From Amphiscolops sp. MND2022 (Eukaryota): 64,000 bases of DNA. The stretch spans positions 57,476,001-57,540,000 of the forward strand of contig OZ076409.1 in NCBI GenBank assembly GCA_964187785.1, read 5' to 3'. A program made the translations under genes and the position numbers. This document shows, piece by piece, positions 49,081-60,865 of this stretch; position 1 is the first letter of the stretch, and each line of letters opens with the position of its first letter. The notes under the pieces are model-generated. The model saw only the letters and a program-made list of their open reading frames with translations, was not told the DNA's origin and searched no databases.

Positions 49081-52000
49081 TAAGCCCTGTTTCATCATTG
49101 TTAAGTTTCTCAAGTAACAATTCTATACATTTAGGGCACAATTTATCTGACGGTAATTGAGACAAAAAGTGCAGTGGCACTGCGAAGTTTTCCTATACGG
49201 TTACATCAGAACACTTCCAAATGGGACCTTTCAGGTTTTGAAGAAAACCCTTTGACTACTGTTATCACAAAAACACAATACTGTGATTTTGTCAAAAAAT
49301 CGCAAGGCCGAAAATCTCCAAAAGTCTTACAAATTGAAAACTTCAAAAAACCGAAGCAGCGATCCTGTAAAGAAAACAAACCTAACTAGTCGCACACAGT
49401 CGTAAAACAGTAGGTCTTTTCCACAGTTAGTAAGAAAATTCTGAACACTGGACCACAATACAACCTAAGAGGCCACATTCAAGAGTGAGAAACCCAGTTT
49501 TTTGGCAAGCCAGTGTGCAAAAAACCATAGGGAGCTCTCTATACTCGCAAAACACTTTGCTTCTGCTGAAAATCGAGGGGGCCTACGGTTTTAAATATAA
49601 GAAAAATGATGCATAGCGCCGAAAAATTCCGATGTGGGAACCTTTACAACCCATGTACTTCTGCTTCTCCAACCTTTTAAAACAGAGGCGAAGCCGTGCT
49701 TCGCAAACACTCGCGAAAAAAGTTGCGAACTTTCGAAGAGAAAACCAAACAAGCAGCAGCGCTGACCAGCAGGATATTTTCCGTCCGAACTGTTCTAGCA
49801 ATGGCATTTTTGAGGCTCAAGAGTAGCCATTGCCACTATGAACGCATAAAAGTTTGATAAAACAAGTTTTTCTTGGATTTTTTGTCAATTTCGATATGAC
49901 TTTGAGGCATTTTTTTCAAAACAAATTGCATTTATCTCTTCAAAGAAGCCTCTTGGACAACAACTTTTTTCTTTGTTGAACGTTTTTAGCTTTCTAAGCT
50001 TGCAAGTGTATCAAAAATTTGACAAAAATTCCATAAAAACGTTTTAAATCTGATTTTTGGAATTTTTCAAATTCGGTCTCAATTTGAGGCAATTTTAAAT
50101 TAAAAATTTGCATTTATTTCTCCGAAAAAACCTCTTGGATAACAAAATTTTTCCTTCTAAACGTTTCAACATTCTAAGCCACGAAATCTATCGAAAATTT
50201 GACAAAAATTTCATAAAAACGGTAAAGATCGGAAAATTTTTCAGTATTTACTATTTTGGGTCATTCTGGTGCCTTTGGGGTCAAGCAAAAAATTCAAAAA
50301 TCTCTACAAATACATACCGCAAGATACTTATTTTACGTCAGTTGGATTATATGGGTGATACGCTTTAGCTTGGATATAAATTTCGTGCTTGGCAAATTTT
50401 GTAAAAAAACCGTTTGATTTAAATATTTTCCTTTTCCATGAAATATGGACGGAAAATAAGCAGTATCAACCAATGGTAAAAGGGCAACATTGTAAAAATT
50501 TCATCAATTTTACAGCGCTCAAAAATACCCGAAGGGATATGCATAAGACTCGAAAACCATTTTCCCCAACTGGAAACATCAAAAAACCCCATCTTTCTCA
50601 ACCGAAAACCTTTCAAAAAATAACTCTAAAAGGGGGACCCTCTAAGATTTTGTTGGAAAATATCAAAAAATTCAAGGGGCATCCTTTGGAGACTGAAAAA
50701 ATTTCGACACAGAGGCGAAGCGGTGCTTCGCAACACATGACGAAGACATCGATTAGTTTAATATGCGTAAATATTATTTTAATCGCATGCGTATATATTC
50801 AACAGTTCAACTTTGTTCAATAACGTCCCTATGGCCCAGTGGTCAACACTTATGCCGTGCAATCGGGAGGCTGCAGGTTCGAATCTCTCTGGGGTTTTGG
50901 CTTTTATCTAAAAGGCGCTCATTATGAAGTTGACTATAGTGGAAAAAAAAACTTACTTAGCTGGACTGCAATGCACATTGACTTCATCATGTGCAAAAAA
51001 CAAAAAAGGAGAATTTCGAACAGTCTCATAGTGTCGAAAAATCTGAAAGAATGTTTTAACATTCGTTGTTGCAAAATTTCAAAAAAATTTAAGGGAGGAC
51101 CCTTCGGGGACATTGAAAAATTTTCGAAAATAAGTCTCAAAAAGCCGAAAAAGGGGGAGTCTCATTGTCGAAAAAAGTGAGAATCTTCTGCTCCGAAAAA
51201 CTTGAAAAAAAATTAGCGCATAGGCACGGGTTCGAACCCTTTGGGTTGGTTAAAAAAGCAAGCATCTTACCGCTAGACCAAGAAAGTCTGAATTATGCGA
51301 CTTGCGGTCTGAAATGAGTTGTCGCGCGGAAAAAAACTCGCATTTTCCCATAACACTTGCTTATCGCAAGTGTAATAAGCCCTGTTTCATCATTGTTAAG
51401 TTTCTCAAGTAACAATTCTATACATTTAGGGCACAATTTATCTGACGGTAATTGAGACAAAAAGTGCAGTGGCTCTGCGAAGTTTTCCTATACGGTTACA
51501 TCAGAACACTTCCAAATGGGACCTTTCAGGTTTTGAAGAAACCCTTTGACTACTGTTATCACAAAAACACAATACTGTGATTTTGTCAAAAAATCGCAAG
51601 GCCGAAAATCTCCAAAAGTCTTACAAATTGAAAACTTCAAAAAACCGAAGCAGCGATCCTGTAAAGAAAACAAACCTAACTAGTCGCACACAGTCGTAAA
51701 ACAGTAGGTCTTTTCCACAGTTAGTAAGAAAATTCTGAACACTGGACCACAATACAACCTAAGAGGCCACATTCAAGAGTGAGAAACCCAGTTTTTTGGC
51801 AAGCCAGTGTGCAAAAAACCATAGGGAGCTCTCTATACTCGCAAAACGCTTTGCTTCTGCTGAAAATCGAGGGGGCCTACGGTTTTAAATATAAGAAAAA
51901 GGATGCATAGCGCCGAAAAATTCCGATGTGGGAACCTTTACAACCCATGTACTTCTGCTTCTCCAACCTTTTAAAACAGAGGCGAAGCCGTGCTTCGCAA

Positions 52001-55000
52001 ACACTCGCGAAAAAAGTTGCGAACTTTCGAAGAGAAAACCAAACAAGCAGCAGCGCTGACCAGCAGAATATTTTCCGTCCGAACTGTTCTAGCAATGGCA
52101 TTTTTGAGGCTCAAGAGTAGCCATTGCCACTATGAACGCATAGAAGTTTGATAAAACAAGTTTTTCTTGGATTTTTTGTCAATTTCGATATGACTTTGAG
52201 GCATTTTTTTCAAAACAACTTGCATTTATCTCTTCAAAGAAGCCTCTTGGACAACGACTTTTCTCTTTGTTGAACGTTTTTAGCTTTCTAAGCTTGCAAG
52301 TGTATCAAAAATTTAACAAAAATTCCATAAAAACGTTGTAAATCTGATTTGTGGAATTTTTCAAATTCGGTCTCAATTTGAAGAATTTTTGAATTAAAAA
52401 TTTACATTTATTTCTCCGAAAAAACCTCTTGGATAACAAAATTTTTCCTTCTAAACGTTTCAACATTCTAAGCCACGAAATCTATCGAAAATTTGACAAA
52501 ACTTGGATATAAATTTCGTGCTTGGCAAATTTTGTAAAAAAACCGTTTGATTTAAATATTTTCCTTTTCCATGAAATATGGACGGAAAACAAGCAGTATC
52601 AACCAATGGTAAAAGGACAACATTGTAAAAATTTCATCAATTTTACAGCGCTCAAAAATACCCGAAGGGATATGCATAAGACTCGAAAACCATTTTCCCC
52701 AACTGGAAACATCAAAAAACCCCATCTTTCTCAACCGAAAACCTTTCAAAAAATAACTGTAAAAGGGGGACCCTCTAAGATTTTGTTGGAAAATATCAAA
52801 AAATTCAAGGGGCATCCTTTGGAGACTGAAAAAATTTCGACACAGAGGCGAAGCGGTGCTTCGCAACACATGACGAAGACATCGATTATTTTAATATGCG
52901 TATATATTATTTTAATCGCATGCGTATATATTCAACAGTTCAACTTTGTTCAATAACGTCCCTATGGCCCAGTGGTCAACACTTATGCCGTGCAATCGGG
53001 AGGCTGCAGGTTCGAATCTCTCTGGGGTTTTGGCTTTTATCTAAAAGGCGCTCATTATGAAGTTGACTATAGTGGAAAAAAAAACTTACTTAGCTGGACT
53101 GCAATGCACATTGACTTCATCATGTGCAAAAAACAAAAAAGGAGAATTTCGAACAGTCTCATAGTGTCGAAAAATCTGAAAGAATGTTTTAACATTCGTT
53201 GTTGCAAAATTTCAAAAAAATTTAAGGGAGGACCCTTCGGGGACATTGAAAAATTTTCGAAAATAAGTCTCAAAAAGCCGAAAAAGGGGGAGTCTCATTG
53301 TCGAAAAAAGTGAGAATCTTCTGCTCCGAAAAACTTGAAAAAAAATTAGCGCATAGGCACGGGTTCGAACCCTTTGGGTTGGTTAAAAAAGCAAGCATCT
53401 TACCGCTAGACCAAGAAAGTCTGAATTATGCGACTTGCGGTCTGAAATGAGTTGTCGCGCGGAAAAAAACTCGCATTTTCCCATAACACTTGCTTATCGC
53501 AAGTGTAATAAGCCCTGTTTCATCATTGTTAAGTTTCTCAAGTAACAATTCTATACATTTAGGGCACAATTTATCTGACGGTAATTGAGACAAAAAGTGC
53601 AGTGGCTCTGCGAAGTTTTCCTATACGGTTACATCAGAACACTTCCAAATGGGACCTTTCAGGTTTTGAAGAAACCCTTTGACTACTGTTATCACAAAAA
53701 CACAATACTGTGATTTTGTCAAAAAATCGCAAGGCCGAAAATCTCCAAAAGTCTTACAAATTGAAAACTTCAAAAAACCGAAGCAGCGATCCTGTAAAGA
53801 AAACAAACCTAACTAGTCGCACACAGTCGTAAAACAGTAGGTCTTTTCCACAGTTAGTAAGAAAATTCTGAACACTGGACCACAATACAACCTAAGAGGC
53901 CACATTCAAGAGTGAGAAACCCAGTTTTTTGGCAAGCCAGTGTGCAAAAAACCATAGGGAGCTCTCTATACTCGCAAAACGCTTTGCTTCTGCTGAAAAT
54001 CGAGGGGGCCTACGGTTTTAAATATAAGAAAAAGGATGCATAGCGCCGAAAAATTCCGATGTGGGAACCTTTACAACCCATGTACTTCTGCTTCTCCAAC
54101 CTTTTAAAACAGAGGCGAAGCCGTGCTTCGCAAACACTCGCGAAAAAAGTTGCGAACTTTCGAAGAGAAAACCAAACAAGCAGCAGCGCTGACCAGCAGA
54201 ATATTTTCCGTCCGAACTGTTCTAGCAATGGCATTTTTGAGGCTCAAGAGTAGCCATTGCCACTATGAACGCATAGAAGTTTGATAAAACAAGTTTTTCT
54301 TGGATTTTTTGTCAATTTCGATATGACTTTGAGGCATTTTTTTCAAAACAACTTGCATTTATCTCTTCAAAGAAGCCTCTTGGACAACGACTTTTCTCTT
54401 TGTTGAACGTTTTTAGCTTTCTAAGCTTGCAAGTGTATCAAAAATTTAACAAAAATTCCATAAAAACGTTGTAAATCTGATTTGTGGAATTTTTCAAATT
54501 CGGTCTCAATTTGAAGAATTTTTGAATTAAAAATTTACATTTATTTCTCCGAAAAAACCTCTTGGATAACAAAATTTTTCCTTCTAAACGTTTCAACATT
54601 CTAAGCCACGAAATCTATCGAAAATTTGACAAAACTTGGATATAAATTTCGTGCTTGGCAAATTTTGTAAAAAAACCGTTTGATTTAAATATTTTCCTTT
54701 TCCATGAAATATGGACGGAAAACAAGCAGTATCAACCAATGGTAAAAGGACAACATTGTAAAAATTTCATCAATTTTACAGCGCTCAAAAATACCCGAAG
54801 GGATATGCATAAGACTCGAAAACCATTTTCCCCAACTGGAAACATCAAAAAACCCCATCTTTCTCAACCGAAAACCTTTCAAAAAATAACTGTAAAAGGG
54901 GGACCCTCTAAGATTTTGTTGGAAAATATCAAAAAATTCAAGGGGCATCCTTTGGAGACTGAAAAAATTTCGACACAGAGGCGAAGCGGTGCTTCGCAAC

Positions 55001-55396
55001 ACATGACGAAGACATCGATTATTTTAATATGCGTATATATTATTTTAATCGCATGCGTATATATTCAACAGTTCAACTTTGTTCAATAACGTCCCTATGG
55101 CCCAGTGGTCAACACTTATGCCGTGCAATCGGGAGGCTGCAGGTTCGAATCTCTCTGGGGTTTTGGCTTTTATCTAAAAGGCGCTCATTATGAAGTTGAC
55201 TATAGTGGAAAAAAAAACTTACTTAGCTGGACTGCAATGCACATTGACTTCGTCATGTGCAAAAAACAAAAAAGGAGAATTTCGAACAGTCTCATAGTGT
55301 CGAAAAATCTGAAAGAATGTTTTAACATTCGTTGTTGCAAAATATCAAAAAAATTTAAGGGAGGACCCTTCGGGGACATTGAAAAATTTTCGAAAA
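48812..55396. repeat. Tandem triplication, units of 2304, 2133 and 2133 bp
   Basis: Register motif AAAAATTTTCGAAAA at 48812, 51116, 53249 and 55382. Units 2 and 3 are nearly identical; unit 1 has ~160 extra bp near 50208-50368. Confidence 0.95.
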
Positions 55397-55514
55397 AAGC
55401 CTCACAAACCCAAAAAGGGGAAGTCTCATAGTGCCGAAAAAATTTGAAAGGGATGCTTTAGTGTGAATCAGGGACAAGAACACGTGATCTGCTTCGGAAT
55501 GCTTGTAAAAAAAT

Positions 55515-55590
55515 TAGCGCATACGCACCGGTTCGAACACGAACCCTCTGGGTTGAAAAGCAAGCATCTTACCCCTAGACCACGAACGCC
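55515..55590 (-). pseudogene. tRNA-Glu(TTC)-like cassette in family C
   Basis: Minus strand GTGGTCTAGGGGTAAGATGCTTGC-TT-TTC-AA-CCCAG-AGGGT-TCGTG-TTCGAAC resembles eukaryotic tRNA-Glu; stems are broken. Confidence 0.6.
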
Positions 55591-55675
55591 TGAACTGTGC
55601 GAGTTGTGGGCTGAAACAAGTTGTCGCGCGGAAAAGCACCCGCACTTCACCATAACACTTGCTTATCGCAAGTGT

Positions 55676-56040
55676 AACAAGCCGGGAACGGCCCAAGTCG
55701 GCGCCATATCTAAGGCTCAAAAAGACTCAAAAACCACTTTTTCTACAACTGGAGACAACAAAAGCTCTCAAAAACTAAAAATTGAAAAAAAAATTCCGAA
55801 TTTTTTTTTCGAAGTTTCCGATAAGTCGCATAGTGCCGAAAAATGTAAAAGGGGGGACGCTTTTTATCTCATGTTAGACGCTTTGGATGCGTTGAAAATG
55901 AAGTACTAAGTACATATGGTAAAAATTGGTAAATGTGCATTAATTGCCTTAATGCACAAAAAGTGGACGTTACGCGTTGAACTGACGAAAAAAAACTAGC
56001 CACTGTAAGAGTCGGGATTTTCTTCGAAAACGCCGACTAA
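55676..56040 (-). mobile_element. Helentron-like family A copy abutting the family C end
   Basis: GCAAGTGT-AA-CAAGCCGGGAACGGCCCAAGTCGGCGCC...CGCCGACTAA. Confidence 0.75.
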
Positions 56041-56831
56041 CAAGGCCTAAGAAAAAGGTTCATCTCCATGTCAACAGGATGTTAGAGGGAGGATCGACTC
56101 TTGAACTTCCTGGCCAAATTATAGAAGCTAGGCAGGAACTGGGAGGAAAAGAATTTAAATTCCGCGGCTAAAACAATTTTCGTTCAAAGCAGGAAAATTT
56201 CTAGAAGATATTCAAATTAGATGCAAACTTGAGTCTATGAAAATTTATAGGGACAAAAAATTAGGCTATGCAGCAATTGTAGGTTCTGCCCCAGTCCAAT
56301 CAAAACAGAAGTTAGTAGAGAGGTGGATTAGATTTGTATTAATTTTTAAAATTGATTCGCACATTAGATCTAAAGCTTCGCGGCTTTTGAGTCTCAGTGA
56401 TTTGATGTTTGATCTTGAAAAAGTTCCATTAAAGGAAGCACATAAAATATACGACCGTGTTTTTGAAGAAATAAACGAGTCAACTGTTGACTGCAAGTCG
56501 ATTCACTAATTTTGAACATTTGGCTTCATAAAGAAATCTTTTCAAAGAGCGATTTTTGGATTTTGTCTATTAGCAAAAAAGGAAGGTTGCGATACGTGCA
56601 TTATATAGTTTTGAAAGTATTTCGAAAGTTTTTGAATTTGAAGTTCAACAGCCTTTCGAACTTTTAAAACAAGAAAGGGCAAAAACTATCTTGGGGTGTC
56701 AATGGGGCATGTTGGTGTTAATTACCACAACACTGTACAACTTCACAACTAGCAAGTAATGGCTACCGATAGAAATATAGTGAATTGATTTCATCAACAC
56801 AATAAATAATTGAACTGATAATTTATTTTTA

Positions 56832-59302
56832 TCAAGAATATTCCTCAAGTGCAGGTAGAATAGTGACGTCAGATGATACCCTTTCTTCTGAGTCGAATGA
56901 TTGAGTTAAGTTCACAGGAGCGTTTCCTCCTATCCACGGCATCCGCCCAACCACGGAGGGGTACACCGCAACGATGATGATTGTGATGATCGCATACACT
57001 TCGCAGAAGCAGGTTGCTCTGCGTAATCGGTTTAAATGAAACTCTTTTCTGTTTTTGAAGCTCCGAGTTTTGGCGAAAGCACTAAATACTGATTCATGTT
57101 TCGAGGTTTCGAAACTTGAGGTTCGACTTGAAGATCAAGAGTGAAATTCAAGATAAGATGATTCATGTAAAATTTGCTTCATTAATGGATGCGTGCTGGA
57201 AATCAAGCAGTTTTCAACAATGACCACGTTGGTCAGGCGTTGGAATCAATCATGAGATTGGATTTATTGGAAGTTAATAATTTGATCTGCAGTGATCACC
57301 TCGTTTCTCCGGAATCAATTTCTACAGACATTTCGAATTCATTTTTACACGACCAGGAACGGCTCGACTATAAAACGACTAGGCTAGAATGATTCTGTTT
57401 GAAAAATACCAGAGATGAAATTTATTGACCATGACAAGGGAACCTCCGTTTTAGATAAAACGATCAATACGCCAGTCGTGGTTCAATGAGGTTTTGGTTT
57501 CTCCTCGATTGAGTAAGACCTGTGGACTATTTCGACTTCTCTAAAGATGCAAGTCACGCATTATGACGCAGTTAAACCATGGAAAAAAACATTTTCTTGA
57601 TAAAATTGCAATAAGAGACATTGTTTTGAATATGCACTGACACAGCATTGTGTAAATCGAATTTATAATTTACAAAAATACCCGAAGAGATAACCATAGC
57701 ACTCAAAAACCGCTTTTACCCAACTGGAAACATCAAAACAACTTTTTTAATGGAAAAAAGTCTCATAGTGCCGAAAAAGGAGCTTCAACCTCGCTCAACA
57801 CTTTTTACAAGCCGAAACGATTCGCGAAACTCAAGGTACCCTTTGATTGAATTCATTTTTTAGAGTAAAGTCGTCCCTAAATCTAAACATCAAGAAACCC
57901 AATTTTGAAAAATTCGTCGATTTTTTCTTTCCGGGAAAAGTCTGTGCCGAAAAACCCCATAAATTGCACCCATAAAAACCCCACAGAAAATATATTGCAC
58001 TTTAGTACGATGCTACTTTTTGCTTGAACAGCAAGGAATCATACGGATATGCATTCCAAAGCTGGTTATCTCTATCCGGAGCAACCTGTGAGATGGTCTA
58101 TTGAACTCCTGTGTCTATCCTTCTCTGGGTCCACTGATACCATCAACATGTGGAAAAACATTCTCTGGGAGATAGCTGTTAAAATGTACCCTAGCATAAT
58201 GGTAGCATGTTCGTTATTCTCGTTCACCTATAATAATGCCCATTGCTTTAGCTCTGTGAAACTGGTAGTTGGTTCAAACTAGTAACAGTATTTTTCAAAA
58301 TATTGAAAGCCAGAAATATCTAATAAAGTTAATTTGAGCTACGTAATAATATAACTCAGGAAATTTTCTGAATTCTATCCAAAATTCCTTCAAATTAAAG
58401 CAGTGAAAGTTTTATGATAAACACTTGAATACAAACCAGAAACCTTCAATTTCAGTTCATTTACAGTGTGACAATTTGCAATTGAGATATTAAACTTGTT
58501 CACACGGTTTTTCCTTATGAAGTCACTCGTTTTTGATAAAAAAAATTAACAGCTTCCTGTTTTGAGTCACAAAAAACAGTCAATACGAACATAATTATAG
58601 TCAAAATGCGTGAAAAATGTTTTGTTCAAACAAAAAACTATTCCAATAGACGTTAACTTACTGTTATGAAAGGAGGTTTTACTTTCAATTAGGCTAGTCT
58701 GAAATTTCAAAGAAAATTTACTTTCAGCAATTTTGGTGGTGGGGGTATGACAGAAATGAGCCTTTGAAACTTACGGCTTTCAAAAAATTTCTCGCTTTGT
58801 GTTCAGTGATCCACATGTAAAACTATTAAAATAGACAAGAGTGAACGAAAAACTACCTTTGAGAATCTCCCTTGGAAATGGTAAAACCAAGACTTGAGTG
58901 AACCGTCTCGACTATCGCTCTGAAATTTGAGCTTATCACAAACCTCGAAGTTGAAAGCGCTTTACAATCACAAGCTATGTGAACCATATTAGCTGTCAAG
59001 TGAAGAAAAGTATTGCTCGAAATGAAAGAACAACATGCGATCTAAGAACAAATGCCAACAAGACTTATCAAAATTATTTGGAGCAAAAAAGCGTTCATTC
59101 AAGCTTCCATTTCGTTCACTTTAGTTGAAATTTGATGTAGCAAGCTAATCAATTTCTATTGGTTGTTCATTTAACATCTGATATACTTCACTAAACGCGG
59201 AAACTGCATTTTGAGGGGATCACTTCTTACCTGGTCATCGTTATGGTTGTGCATGCGGTTCTGCATGTACATAGGAAAGAAAACTTCCTCGACCATATCC
59301 AT
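56832..59302 (-). CDS. Tentative small single-pass membrane protein; candidate exons 59231-59302, 57300-57367, 56832-57126
   Basis: Open terminal exon containing VYAIITIIIVAVYPSVVG, TGA at 56832 and AATAAA just downstream. Splice phases are compatible (CAG|GTAAG at 59230; TTTTATAG acceptor; weak GTGATC donor). CACGTG and TGACGTCA lie upstream at 59459-59481. Confidence 0.4.
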
Positions 59303-59603
59303 CTTGCCACCCTTGTTTTGGTTGGATTGTTGTTCAGATCTTTCTCATCGATTCTTGGGTCCAAAAACTAACTTTGGTTGATTGGTTGGTTTCATAATTA
59401 GTTGAGATGCAATTAGTAGATAATTAAATTACTTGATAAAGTGGCTTGGATAAAGAGACACGTGCATTTTGAATGACGTCATTTCACGAGTTTTATTTTA
59501 AAGGTCTCAATTCTGGATTTCAGAGGGAGGGCTAACAGAAAAGAGCCACGTTTCGCACTGGGACATTACCTTACTGCTGAGTTGCCTGTGCGCAGGGATG
59601 TTT

Positions 59604-60018
59604 GGCTCTTTTCTGTTCCCCCCCCACCACCAAAATTTTTGAAAATAACTTTCCTTAAAAACTTTAGACTAGCCTAATTAAAAGTCTTCTTTTAACCTTC
59701 TTTCATAACGGGAAGTTAACTTGTATTAGAGTAGTTTTCCGTTTGAACAAAACATTGTTCACACATTTTGACTATAATTATGTTCGTATTAAGTGTTTAT
59801 TGGCGACTCAAAACAGGAAGCTGTTGATTTCTTCATCAAAAATGCGTAACTACATAGGGAAAAAGTGTGAACAAAGTTTGGATCTGAATCCTAAACTATC
59901 ACCATGAGGATAAATTTCAAACTCAAGCTTTCTGGTTTGTTTTCAAGTCTATTTGTTATAAGATTTTCACTAATTTTCCAAAAAAATTTTTGTGGTGGGG
60001 GGAAAACAGAAAAGAGCC
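59604..60018. mobile_element. 415-bp MITE with GG-terminal TIRs and 8-bp TSD (Merlin- or Mutator-like)
   Basis: GGATGTTT|GGCTCTTTTCTGTT..CCCCCACCAC ... GTGGTGGGGGAAAACAGAAAAGAGCC|GGATGTTT; diverged inverted copy at ~58400-58762 and a further end at ~59530-59547. Confidence 0.8.
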
Positions 60019-60865
60019 GGATGTTTTTTGAAAAAAAGACGCCCTGATAACCGGGATACTTTTCGGCCTAAATTATTTTTTAGCAATAACACGATTATAT
60101 GTATTGAGCGTAGCCAATGAACTTATTATTGAACGAATATATTCACAAAATTGCCAAAAAAACTTGCAAAAAACGCAAAAAATGAACTAAATATCATTTC
60201 AGGTATATTCTGAAAACTTCAAAAATTTCGATACATTCGCATGCTGCAAATCTATTTTTTGTACCTAAATTTTGTGAAAAAACATTTCGTCAATAAAATT
60301 ACAGTATGTTAAAATTTGGAGAAAAAACACCGGTTGAGATTAATTTTTCTTCCAAATATAATATGGCGGAAAATAACTTTTCGACATTCGCGGTTCTGTT
60401 ATTTTAGAAGTGCCCAACCGGAGCTATCATACCGATTGAAATTAAAAACTTTCCTGGGGAGGAAAAAGCAGTATTAATATGGATATGCTTGAATCAATTG
60501 GCTCGAAGATGACAAAAAAAATCACATTTAACACTTTATTTCATTCTTTGAATACCAATTAAACATAAATCATTTTTTAGTTCTTTCCTCAAAATTAACC
60601 GTCGTATTACCCCTTTGCTAAACTTAATCTTAATAACGTACATTTTATTTGAACTTACTAAAGATGAATGAACGTGTAGTACTTAATTGAGACCTTTCTG
60701 TAGACGATGAACTACATGCACACTGACGATCAATTGCGAGCGATTCGAGTCACTATGCAAGCAAACTAGAACTGTTGGGGGTAATGTACCAGAGAACTGT
60801 GAGAAAAGAACTGAAACTATTAGCTAACACAATCCATATTCGAATTCAATTTAGGGGCAAATATT

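Noticed and set aside
48812..55396. CRISPR-like array suggested by the recurring GCGAAGC-NNN-GCTTCGC palindrome
   Set aside because: Spacing is hundreds to thousands of bp, the intervening DNA is itself repeated, and there are no cas genes; these are element termini
48055..55909. K/F/G/P-rich ORFs of 60-182 aa (also at 2962-3635, 5387-5877, 46936-47626, 63396-63926)
   Set aside because: Chance frames through A/T-run and GGGGACCC repeat interiors; no domain signature
56060..56640. 90-aa plus-strand ORF (56237-56509) with protein-like composition
   Set aside because: No recognisable domain or splice support; possibly a decayed transposon gene
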